Shown here piece by piece: positions 54,102 to 63,034 of a stretch of DNA of 64,000 bases. The DNA is from a bacterium (lineage in GTDB: Bacteria > UBA10199 > 2-02-FULL-50-16 > JAJFLM01). Both the position numbers and the translations under genes were made by a program. The notes beneath the pieces were generated by a model. The model did no database searches. It was not told where the DNA came from and saw nothing but the letters and a program-made list of their open reading frames with translations. Where the stretch lies: contig CBDCFN010000016.1 of the NCBI GenBank assembly GCA_965216315.1, forward strand, positions 800,001 through 864,000, in the 5' to 3' direction. Each line of letters opens with the position of its first letter. Position 1 is the stretch's first letter.

Positions 54102-54880
54102 CAAATTGAAATATCGATACGTTCGATAGCCGTCGCCTGGCGAGTCATTTCATTGGCCTCGATAAGCACGGAGCAAAAACGCACATCGCCTGTGGCGACG
54201 ATAAATTTTTCACGAAGATGACCGAAAAGGCGTTTGAGCGCAACATTTTTGTCCAGCCCAATGACCGACTCATAAGGCCCTGTCATGCCGATATCGCCAA
54301 TGTAGGCGGTTCCACCGGGTAGGACTTGCGCATCGGCGGTCGGAATGTGGGTGTGGGTTCCGACGACGCCGGTCACGCGCCCGTCACAGTGCCAGCCCAT
54401 TCCTCGTTTCTCGGAGCTTGCTTCCGCGTGCATATCGACGAGGATAATCTCGGCCTTGCCCTGCATTTTTTTAATTTCGCGGTCAACGGCACGAAAAGGG
54501 CAGTCCGTGCGGCCCATAAAGAGTTGCCCTTCGACGTTAATGATGCCGACCGGAACATCATTGCGCGCCGTGACGACGACGCTGCCCGCGCCGGGCTGTT
54601 CGGGCGGGTAGTTAGCAGGGCGGATCAGCTTTGGGTTTTCCGAGATATAGGACAGGATTGAACGCTGATCCCAGATATGATTTCCCGTCGTAATGACATC
54701 AACGCCATTTTTGAATAGTTCGTCACACATCTTAGGGGTAATGCCGCGCCCTCCGGCTGCGTTTTCACCATTGGCGACGACAAAATCAATATTTTGGTCT
54801 TGTATCAGTTGGGGGAGTACGCTTTTGACCGCATTGCGGCCGGGTTCTCCAAAAATATCTCCGATTAATAGTAGTTTCAT
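54101..54880 (-). CDS. ymdB: YmdB/TIGR00282 metallophosphoesterase
   Basis: GDIFGEPG, NGENAAGG, TGNHIWD, HAEASSEK, GTHTH. Confidence 0.94.
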   Translation of the reverse strand: MKLLLIGDIFGEPGRNAVKSVLPQLIQDQNIDFVVANGENAAGGRGITPKMCDELFKNGVDVITTGNHIWDQRSILSYISENPKLIRPANYPPEQPGAGSVVVTARNDVPVGIINVEGQLFMGRTDCPFRAVDREIKKMQGKAEIILVDMHAEASSEKRGMGWHCDGRVTGVVGTHTHIPTADAQVLPGGTAYIGDIGMTGPYESVIGLDKNVALKRLFGHLREKFIVATGDVRFCSVLIEANEMTRQATAIERIDISI

Positions 54881-55443
54881 AGGGTCTCAATGTGGCGTTT
54901 TTCGGTTATCACTTGGGCGCAGGGGACGTCATGTGGTTCGATCGGCAACTGGTCGACAATTTGAAAGTCATACGCAAGGCCGCAACTTCGGTGAGTCACA
55001 CCTGCTAATACGCGATCGTAGCCCCCATATCCATAGCCGAGGCGATACCCTTGCTTGTCAAAGGAGACTCCTGGAATCAGGATGAAGTCGAGTTCCTGAA
55101 CCGAAATCTCCGTGTCAGGATCAGGTTGCGGTTCACGTGTTCCCCAATTCTTTTTTTCTAATTGGGTGATATCGGTTGCTTTAAAAAAGCGAATGGCCAA
55201 TTGATCCGGATCCCAATGCGGAAAAAAGACTTCCTTGCCTGACTTCATGGACAGTCGAATGATTTTGTTGGTTCGAACTTCGTTGCGGATGCCATCATAG
55301 ACGGCAATTTTGCTGCTGTTCTTGAATTGATTCGATTCCAGCACGGCTTCTTGAATAAAATGGCTTAGGTTTCGAACCGTAGCGGCGTCAAGAGAAGTAC
55401 GTTTTTTCAGGATCTGCTGTCGAATAGAGTCTTTATCTGCCAT
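54877..55443 (-). CDS. ygfA: 5-formyltetrahydrofolate cyclo-ligase
   Basis: IPGVSFD...RLGYGYGGYDR, EPHDVP; follows 6S RNA. Confidence 0.93.
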   Translation of the reverse strand: MADKDSIRQQILKKRTSLDAATVRNLSHFIQEAVLESNQFKNSSKIAVYDGIRNEVRTNKIIRLSMKSGKEVFFPHWDPDQLAIRFFKATDITQLEKKNWGTREPQPDPDTEISVQELDFILIPGVSFDKQGYRLGYGYGGYDRVLAGVTHRSCGLAYDFQIVDQLPIEPHDVPCAQVITEKRHIETL

Positions 55444-55458
55444 GCCTAAAAATGCGTA

Positions 55459-55643
55459 ATCCCCTGCCAATATGCCGTGTGGGAGGCGTCTTTAGAACCC
55501 CGTTTATCTAGGTGGAAATTTCATTACTGCTTTAGGCGTCCCGGAACGAAGTGCCGGGCAGGCACACCACAGTAAGCGGAAACTCCCGGGGTCTATGATA
55601 GGTCCTTAAAGCTAGCCACCAACTCACGAACACGGAAGGGGAT
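55459..55643 (-). ncRNA. ssrS: 6S RNA
   Basis: About 185 nt between zapA and ygfA (conserved ssrS position); ends pair (ATCCCCT...AGGGGAT); CCGTG/CACGG and GGTGG/CCACC stems; apical CCCGG/CCGGG hairpin. Confidence 0.88.
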
Positions 55644-55712
55644 CCGCGAAAGTCATACTAAATATTAAAAGATCTATAGTTGATAAAACGACCACAGGGC
55701 CCAAATGTCAAC

Positions 55713-55991
55713 CTAAAGCTGTAAGTCTACGATCTCCAAAAGGTCTTGAAGTTTCTTTTCGGCAAGCAGCTTTTTGTCCTCATTTTTGTTCTGTTGGCTG
55801 ATCAATTCATCGGCAATATTCATGCAGGCCAAAAGGGCGACGTTGAGGGAGGAGGCTGATTTCGCTTGGGTTTGAATTTCTCGGATCTTTTTGTTTACCA
55901 GGCTAGCGACCTGATTCACGTGCTTTTCCGTCGCATCGGTTTCGATGGAAAAGGTCTGATTCATTATCGATACTTGGAGTGCACTCTTCAT
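55713..55991 (-). CDS. zapA: Cell division protein ZapA
   Basis: VALLACMNIADEL motif, size, position upstream of 6S RNA. Confidence 0.9.
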   Translation of the reverse strand: MKSALQVSIMNQTFSIETDATEKHVNQVASLVNKKIREIQTQAKSASSLNVALLACMNIADELISQQNKNEDKKLLAEKKLQDLLEIVDLQL

Positions 55992-56091
55992 GTGATGTGG
56001 AAGCTATCAAAGGTCATTTAGGCGAAAATGGCAAGTCGATTAAGCAGGGCCTGAAGAGAGGTAGGGTAAGTCCCTGTCTTAAAAAGATATT

Positions 56092-57861
56092 TCAGCTATC
56101 ATCGGGGGGAGGTGCCATCTCAAGGTCAATCCAGCGCTTCTCCAAATCGACGCTGGCAATACGCACGTCGAGGGTATCCCCAATGCGGTAGTGCTTTTTC
56201 CGTCGCTTGCCGATCAGCGTGTGGGTTTCCTCGATAAAATGGTAATAATCATCATCCAGCTTGCGGATATGAAGCAGGCCCTCCACGAAAAAAGGAACGA
56301 GTTCTACGTAAAGGCCGAAGCGGGTGACTCCCGAAACGACGCCCGGGCAGCAGGTACCGATTCGGTCCGTCATGAAGGCGGCCTGCATCAGGCTGCGGAC
56401 GGCCCATTCGGCCTGCATGGCAATGCGTTCTCGCAAGGAGCATTGCTCAGCCATTTGATCGAGCCGTCTCAGGTTGGTTTTGCCGTCTTTTTTCTGCTCA
56501 AGCAGGGCCCCGAGCGTCCGATGCACCATGAGATCGGGATAACGCCGGATGGGCGACGTGAAGTGGGTGTAGCAGGTTGAGGCGAGGCCAAAGTGCCCCC
56601 TGTTCTCAATGCTGTAGATAGCCTTGGCGAGCGAACGCAGTAACAACGTGTTGATCATGCGGCTCTCGGGGCGGTCAGCCGCCTTTGCAATGATTTGCGC
56701 CAATGCTTTCGGTTCCAGCCGCTTTTTAGGGATTTTGAGGGCATAGCCAATATTGTGCAGCGTTGCTTGCAGCTCTTTGATGTTGTCGCGGCTGGGCTCT
56801 TCGTGGATACGGTAGATCATGGCGGATTCTTGTTCGGTAATGAAAGTAGCGACGGCTTCATTGGCCGCGATCATGAATTCCTCGATCATCATATGGGCTT
56901 CGGTTCGCTTGGACTTGACGATAGAATCAATGGTGCCTTCTTCAAGATTCATAATGATAACGGGTTCCGGCAGGTCAAAATCCAGGCTGCCTCGATCGAG
57001 GCGGCATTTGCGGAGCCGCTTGAACAGCGTATGCATAAGTTCCAGGTGAGGCAGTATGTGTCGAAGCTTGTGTCGTGTCGCTTCGTCTTTGTCTACCAGC
57101 GCACTTGCAACTTCGGTGTAAGTGAGTCGATGGTGATTGCGGATAATGCTCCGATAAAAATCTGTGTGAAGGATCTTTCCGGTGCGATCAAAGTCTATTT
57201 CGGCCGTAAAAGTCAGTCTATCTTTGTGCGGCACGAGAGAACAAATATCGTTTGATAATTTTTCCGGTAACATCGGGAGGACGCGCTCAGGAAAATAAAC
57301 GCTTGTGCCGCGTCCATAGGCCTCTTTGTCAATGCGGCTTCCGGGGGCGACATAGTAGCTTACATCCGCGATGGAGACGCGGAGACGGATGCGATTCTGA
57401 CCGATATCCTCGACAGCAATGGCATCATCAAAATCTTTGGCCGTTTCCCCATCTATGGTTACGGTGATTTGACTGCGTAAATCCGTACGTCGTTGGATTT
57501 CTTCTTTGTCAATGGAATCGGATATTTCGGCGGCTTCGGCCAACACGGCTTCAGGGAATTTTTTTGGCAGCTGAAACTCTTCTATGATTGAATCCATGTG
57601 CTCTGCGAGAACTTCTGCGATATCGTCAGTCTTTTGTTCGATCTGATCGGTTTGTTCTCTTTTCTCAGTAGGGTAAGCGAAGCGTTTGCCTCGATGGGTT
57701 GCGATCAAAGTCCCTTGTTTGACAAGTGTCTTAAGATGGAGGCGTAGTTTTCTTTTTTCCGGGAGTGGAACTTTCAGAAAGCGCGCCAGTTCTGATACGG
57801 TAAAAAAGGTGTCGGGATGTGCTTGAAGCCATGAAAGGGCACGGTCATGCTGTGAAGCCAT
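56092..57861 (-). CDS. rnr: Ribonuclease R/II-family exoribonuclease (short form)
   Basis: TIDGETAKDFDDA, HFTSPIRRYPDL, C-terminal S1 domain, N-terminal HTH-like segment. Confidence 0.9.
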   Translation of the reverse strand: MASQHDRALSWLQAHPDTFFTVSELARFLKVPLPEKRKLRLHLKTLVKQGTLIATHRGKRFAYPTEKREQTDQIEQKTDDIAEVLAEHMDSIIEEFQLPKKFPEAVLAEAAEISDSIDKEEIQRRTDLRSQITVTIDGETAKDFDDAIAVEDIGQNRIRLRVSIADVSYYVAPGSRIDKEAYGRGTSVYFPERVLPMLPEKLSNDICSLVPHKDRLTFTAEIDFDRTGKILHTDFYRSIIRNHHRLTYTEVASALVDKDEATRHKLRHILPHLELMHTLFKRLRKCRLDRGSLDFDLPEPVIIMNLEEGTIDSIVKSKRTEAHMMIEEFMIAANEAVATFITEQESAMIYRIHEEPSRDNIKELQATLHNIGYALKIPKKRLEPKALAQIIAKAADRPESRMINTLLLRSLAKAIYSIENRGHFGLASTCYTHFTSPIRRYPDLMVHRTLGALLEQKKDGKTNLRRLDQMAEQCSLRERIAMQAEWAVRSLMQAAFMTDRIGTCCPGVVSGVTRFGLYVELVPFFVEGLLHIRKLDDDYYHFIEETHTLIGKRRKKHYRIGDTLDVRIASVDLEKRWIDLEMAPPPDDS

Positions 57862-57871
57862 AATAGTTGCC

Positions 57872-59332
57872 TTACCAATGCAAAAGACGACGCCACTGGC
57901 TTCGTGACGTGGTCATTACAAAATAGAGGATTAAACTAGGTATTCCCGCGCTGAAAATCACCAGCACAGGACTAAGATCGCGCATGATGTTTTTCAGTAA
58001 GTAAATAGCGATTCCGCTGGCAATACCAGCAAAGATAATTTGAACTGTATGGGCTGTCATGAAGTCTTTACTGTGGAGGCGGAATGTTTGAATGATTGAA
58101 ATAATCATGATCAATGAATATCCACTGCTGATGCTCACGGCAGCACCAAAGACGCCGTAAGCAGGAACAACAATGATTCCAGTGATTGTGACGGCTGCTA
58201 AGATGAGCAGCTCAGCCAATAGGAAAAACCGTGATCGTTGAGTTGTGACGAGAAAGAACATCAGGACAGAAAACGTCGAATACATGAATTGCCCGATCAA
58301 AAGAGCCAGGAAAGTATTATAGGACAGCAGTGAAGCATCCTTGCCGATCATCAGCATAATTTCAGGGCCGAAGGCGCCGAGAAAGAGGGCGAAGGCGATG
58401 TTGAGGAGCAATAGCTTTTCCATGGCAAAGCGCATTTGGCCCCACATTTCGCCTTTATCGTTGCGCAAGTAGGACTCCGAGGTGACTGGCACAAAGATGG
58501 GGCCGAAGGCATTTTTAGTCTGCGTGATGACGCGAGCAATTTGTTTGGCAAAGCCGTAAACGCCGACGACTTTCATCTGAGTTGGAGTTCCTGTTCCCAG
58601 GAAGAAAGTAACCAGAAAAATATCAATTCGGTAGAGCGTCGCATCTACAACTTCGATGATGTACATCGGTAGTGCATAACGAATGATCGCAAAGTAACGT
58701 CCCGGGCGGCGCCAGGTACGGAAAACTTCACGCCAGGAGAAAAACTTGCGAAATGTGAAGGCGCTCAGGATTACGACAATGAGCAGAGCCACGCCTTGGG
58801 CGAGGATGACTCCATAGGGCTTAAGCGGCGTTTTCCAGAATACAAAGAGCAATAGCAGCATCGCCGTCGGTTCAATGGCACTTCGGATGATGGCGTGGTA
58901 TTTCATCTCCTTGAGGCCCATGGTGGCCTGGATCAGCAGGACGCCAACATTATATAGGGGGATGATAGGTGCCAGGATGTACAAGCTGTTTCGAATCAGT
59001 GGCGTGTCGACAAAAATATAAGTGTAGAGGATGAGAGCGACGGCTCCTAGAGTTGAGACGGTGAGGCAGGCCTTTAAGCTGGAGGCGATCTTTTGATAGA
59101 GCTTTCGTGTTTCACCCGTATTTTTAAAATGAGCGAGCTCAAAGAGCATGCCGTGTTCGAGGCCGAGCATGCCATAGCGGTTTAGAAGTTCGGCAGAGGC
59201 CCAGGCGACCGTATAAACTCCGAATAATTCAGTCCCATAAAGTAGTGCGGCGACAACGAAGAAACCGGTGCGGCTAAAACGGAAGACGTTACCAATGATA
59301 TTAATTTTAATACCGCGAATCAGTTCCTGCAT
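57872..59332 (-). CDS. MOP-superfamily oligosaccharide flippase (Wzx-like)
   Basis: About 12-14 hydrophobic segments; FGVYTVA, RIDIFLV, VGVYGFA, YGVFGAA patterns. Confidence 0.75.
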   Translation of the reverse strand: MQELIRGIKINIIGNVFRFSRTGFFVVAALLYGTELFGVYTVAWASAELLNRYGMLGLEHGMLFELAHFKNTGETRKLYQKIASSLKACLTVSTLGAVALILYTYIFVDTPLIRNSLYILAPIIPLYNVGVLLIQATMGLKEMKYHAIIRSAIEPTAMLLLLFVFWKTPLKPYGVILAQGVALLIVVILSAFTFRKFFSWREVFRTWRRPGRYFAIIRYALPMYIIEVVDATLYRIDIFLVTFFLGTGTPTQMKVVGVYGFAKQIARVITQTKNAFGPIFVPVTSESYLRNDKGEMWGQMRFAMEKLLLLNIAFALFLGAFGPEIMLMIGKDASLLSYNTFLALLIGQFMYSTFSVLMFFLVTTQRSRFFLLAELLILAAVTITGIIVVPAYGVFGAAVSISSGYSLIMIISIIQTFRLHSKDFMTAHTVQIIFAGIASGIAIYLLKNIMRDLSPVLVIFSAGIPSLILYFVMTTSRSQWRRLLHW

Positions 59333-59345
59333 GTGGGGTCAGTTC

Positions 59346-61361
59346 TTAGGCCTTAGGAGGGGTGACGTCAAGGATGGGCAGATAGACCTCAAAAATTGTC
59401 TTGCCCGGTCGACTATCGACACGAACAAAGCCACCTCGTTGGCTGACCAAATGGCGCAAATTGGTTAGGCCGAGGCCTAAGTGGCCGGTCGCCGCTGTAA
59501 ACGAGTAGCGTGGCTTGGTGGTATAAAAAGGGTCGAAAAGGAGATGCCATTGGTCGCGGGGTATTCCGGGGCCGCTATCTTGGACGACAAACTTAACATA
59601 TTCGCCGGGCTGAGCCGCTGAAAAGCTCAAGTTTACTTCCAGCGAAGCGAGCGAATCCGTTGTAATCGTCCGCCGTGAGGTCCGGACCCAGATGCGGCCG
59701 CGATCACCTTCTGGGATGGCTTCGTAGGCATTTTCCAGCATGATGAAGTAAAGCTGCTGAATTTCCTCGACAGGTCCCCTGATTGGAATGGGATTGTCAT
59801 CCAGCTCAAAGGTAAGATCTGCGGCGTATCGGATGCGCTGGGGAACGGCCTCCGGGGTAAGGAGGTCATGTAGATTAAGGGGCGTGCCATCGGTCGATCC
59901 GTCTGTCAGGCCCGGGAGCCTGTTGAAGACTGTCTGAATTTGTTCAAGTTCATGTTTGAGCTCTTCGAGGGTAGTGATTTCAAGTTGTGGCGTGCGCCTC
60001 TCCCCTTGACGTCCCAAGGTGTTTATCTTGTGTTGTAAATCCTCAATGATTTCTAGTAGTGCCCGGCTGACTTGATGCTCGTGGTCGCGAATGACACTTA
60101 AGAAGGATTGGGCGCGATGAACTTGTAATAACTGTTTCTCAGTTTGAACGCGTATGCCCGCATTTGTATAAACGACCATGGCGTATTGTTTGTCTCCGGC
60201 CAAGCTGGGATGAGCCTGAATATCAACTTGGACAGTGCTACCATCTTTGCATATCATTTCTGCACCTCTCCAGTGAAACATGCCGGTGTTAACGAACGCG
60301 TCGATATGCTCCTTTAATTTAGGGCGAGTGGCTTCAGGGAAAAATGTTTCAAGAGGACTCTGAATCATCTCGTCATGCGTGTACCCTAAGAGGCGCTCAA
60401 GTGATTGGCTGCTCAGGATGGCGCGAGGGATCAGTTCGTAATCGGCTGTTTCATCAAGCACGAAGATAGATAGCGGTTGGAAGGAATTCTTGAGTAGCTC
60501 TTGGTAGCGTTGAATTTCTGCAAGGGCGCGTTGTCTTTCCGTTTGATCAAATAGGACATAATAGCCGATGCGTCGCCCTTCACGTCCGAATGGAAGGGTG
60601 GCGACGTGGATGTCGGCCCATAAATAGCTGCCGTCTTCTTTAAGGAGACGGACATTTTCAATGAAGCCGACGCCGTTCGCAACAACTCCCATGATGAATT
60701 CACCAAAACGGGCAAGGTCTGTCGGATGCACGTTCTTGGAGATGGTTTCCATCGACGTCAGATAGCCGGCTTCAAAGCCGGATGTACTGTCGTTGGCCGG
60801 ATTCGTTTCGATTAAGCGAACCATGTCATCGGGTGTTGCGGCCGCTGGGTTTAATTCAAATACACCCATGGGATGAGGAAAAGGCTTGATGACATCTGAC
60901 AGTAAAGAGACGATTTTTTCATATTCGGGATCTGCTGTGCTTTGTTGCGTTGCGTTTCCCCAGCGCCGTTGAAGCAAGCTGTAAAGACGTTTTGTTTCGT
61001 CATCGGCTTGTTCGATGCGGGGTGCTAAGCCGTTGACGACCTGACGCAGAGCCGTCTCAAAACTTACGGTATCATTGTAGGTATCGACGCCGGCATGATT
61101 TTCAACAAGAACATGAATGGGTTGGACGATCGGTGCGAGCACCGCGTCTTGATTCGCGAGTTGAATCGGGTGAGCGAGTCCCCGCAGGAGAACCCCCGCT
61201 GAGGTACCGAGAGTCAAACTCGCATCTGTTACCACGAGTTGTTGGATGACTCCATTGATGATTGGAATATTTGGTACGACCACACCCGACCCCTTGCGAG
61301 AGGGGCATCGGATAGTTGCCAAAAAGGTTGTGGGTTTTATGCCAACGAGGGCTTGTTCCAT
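59346..61361 (-). CDS. Cytoplasmic PAS-PAS histidine kinase-like protein with atypical DHp
   Basis: Two PAC motifs (KEDGSYLW, CKDGSTV); HATPase N (ENAYEA), G1 (DSGPGI), F (LFDPFYTTK) and G2 (GLGL) boxes. Confidence 0.82.
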   Translation of the reverse strand: MEQALVGIKPTTFLATIRCPSRKGSGVVVPNIPIINGVIQQLVVTDASLTLGTSAGVLLRGLAHPIQLANQDAVLAPIVQPIHVLVENHAGVDTYNDTVSFETALRQVVNGLAPRIEQADDETKRLYSLLQRRWGNATQQSTADPEYEKIVSLLSDVIKPFPHPMGVFELNPAAATPDDMVRLIETNPANDSTSGFEAGYLTSMETISKNVHPTDLARFGEFIMGVVANGVGFIENVRLLKEDGSYLWADIHVATLPFGREGRRIGYYVLFDQTERQRALAEIQRYQELLKNSFQPLSIFVLDETADYELIPRAILSSQSLERLLGYTHDEMIQSPLETFFPEATRPKLKEHIDAFVNTGMFHWRGAEMICKDGSTVQVDIQAHPSLAGDKQYAMVVYTNAGIRVQTEKQLLQVHRAQSFLSVIRDHEHQVSRALLEIIEDLQHKINTLGRQGERRTPQLEITTLEELKHELEQIQTVFNRLPGLTDGSTDGTPLNLHDLLTPEAVPQRIRYAADLTFELDDNPIPIRGPVEEIQQLYFIMLENAYEAIPEGDRGRIWVRTSRRTITTDSLASLEVNLSFSAAQPGEYVKFVVQDSGPGIPRDQWHLLFDPFYTTKPRYSFTAATGHLGLGLTNLRHLVSQRGGFVRVDSRPGKTIFEVYLPILDVTPPKA

Positions 61362-61445
61362 AACTAATTGATCTAAAATGTGTTTTTGGCCATGTCGGGG
61401 TGATCGTTCTTGCCATCAGCTCGATGCTGTGCTTGGATGCGGCTC

Positions 61446-62177
61446 ATGAAAGCGTCTCGATTGATTGTTAGTTTTGTCATTCTGGCTTTATTCGGAATTT
61501 CTCCAGCGAGTGCCGGTTGGGACTGGGGGAAGCTGAAAGATGTGGCTGAAGAAGCGATTCGGGGGAAAGGATCGCTCAGTAATCAGGAAGTCATTCGTGG
61601 GCTGAAACAAGCCCTGGAAATAGGAACGAAAAATAGCACCAGCCGCGCCTCTCGGATCAATGGATACTATAAAAATCCGCGGATTCGAATCCCGTTTCCG
61701 CCGAGTGCACAAAAGGTCAAAAAGACGGCTGAGACGCTGGGGATGAAAAGTCAGGTTGATAAGTTTGTGATGACTTTAAATCGCGCGGCGGAAGAAGCGG
61801 CTAAGCAGGCGGCACCGATTTTCATCAATGCGATCAAATCAATGACAATTGAAGATGGCTTTCAGATCTTAAATGGTGGCAATAACGCCGCCACTCAATT
61901 TCTTAAGCGCAAGACCTCACGCCCTTTGTACAACAAATTTCAGCCGGTTGTAAAAAGTGCTATTAACCGGGTGGGTGTGACCAAGTATTGGAATCCGCTG
62001 GCGTCCCGTTATAATCAACTGCCCATGGTCACCAAGGTCAATCCTGATCTCGATCGTTATGTGACCGAGCGTGCGCTGAAAGGACTATTCACTTTGATTG
62101 CCGCCGAAGAATTAAAGATACGCAAGGACCCGGCAGCACGAGTGACGGACTTGTTAAGGCGTGTGTTTGGCAGTTAA
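61446..62177 (+). CDS. DUF4197-family exported protein
   Basis: Signal peptide; GLKQALEIG, LNRAAEEA, GLFTLIAAEELKIRKDPAARVTDLLRRVFG. Confidence 0.88.
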   Translation: MKASRLIVSFVILALFGISPASAGWDWGKLKDVAEEAIRGKGSLSNQEVIRGLKQALEIGTKNSTSRASRINGYYKNPRIRIPFPPSAQKVKKTAETLGMKSQVDKFVMTLNRAAEEAAKQAAPIFINAIKSMTIEDGFQILNGGNNAATQFLKRKTSRPLYNKFQPVVKSAINRVGVTKYWNPLASRYNQLPMVTKVNPDLDRYVTERALKGLFTLIAAEELKIRKDPAARVTDLLRRVFGS

Positions 62178-62890
62178 GGCCTGCATTTTACCGAAAAATC
62201 AACGTGATAGTGTTCATCATGTCGAACCCATGAGCGGCGCTTAGAAAAGCGGAGCTTATTTCTTAGTAAACCTCCATATTTGGTTGCAAATAAATAGGGT
62301 TGCAGCTGGGGATCAAAGATAACCCGTCGAATGCCGATGCCATTTTTCTGTGCCGATTGATGCAAAGCCAATAAGTGAGCGCCGATGGCTTCAAAATCAA
62401 TACGGTATTTTTTGAACTGTCCGGCGGCATCAAATTCAATTGCATAACCCAACTTATTAATGAGGCTAGTGGGCAAGGGCACGGATTGATTTTTTTGATT
62501 GATGACGGGCACCATAAAGTCAACCGATAAGCCGTTTTGATGAGTCTTGTGCGGCTTAAAAGGCCCACCATGTTCAAAGCCGGTTTCGCCATACATATAG
62601 ACTGTATCAGGTCTTTGTTCGCTGAGCGCTTGGTAAGCCGAGGTGATAACCTGATAGACGGAGCTATGCACGTAGGTGCGCTGCAACCAGCCGCCGATCT
62701 GGCTGTAAGCGACAAAGTTTTCTCCCTGGGCCGGCAGTTGCCAGCCGTGTTCCAGGCGACCCTCACGCGTGGTTCCGTAACAAACACTCTTGGGCCGGGG
62801 TTTAGAATTCGGTGCTGTGGCAGTTACTGGGATGGATACGAAGATGGACGTGATCAGCGCTATTTGTGTTAAAAATTGTTTCGTGTGCAT
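62174..62890 (-). CDS. Penicillin-insensitive murein endopeptidase-like (MepA/LAS) peptidase
   Basis: Signal peptide; HKTHQNGLSVDF and HDEHYHV LAS zinc motifs. Confidence 0.8.
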   Translation of the reverse strand: MHTKQFLTQIALITSIFVSIPVTATAPNSKPRPKSVCYGTTREGRLEHGWQLPAQGENFVAYSQIGGWLQRTYVHSSVYQVITSAYQALSEQRPDTVYMYGETGFEHGGPFKPHKTHQNGLSVDFMVPVINQKNQSVPLPTSLINKLGYAIEFDAAGQFKKYRIDFEAIGAHLLALHQSAQKNGIGIRRVIFDPQLQPYLFATKYGGLLRNKLRFSKRRSWVRHDEHYHVDFSVKCRP

Positions 62891-63034
62891 CGCTAGGCAC
62901 GCTTTCTAACATCTTTGTTGCCAAGCGTCTCTGACTATTACGGTCCGCTGATTTCGTTTGGTCTCATTCTCGCGGTATAGTATGATCTCCCTCATGATTA
63001 GTTCTAACTACCTTGAATTATAGGAGATTTTATT

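Noticed and set aside
61362..61445. Sigma28-like promoter for the PAS kinase (CCCGACAT on minus strand)
   Set aside because: Weak -10 and no CAAC element at the matching distance
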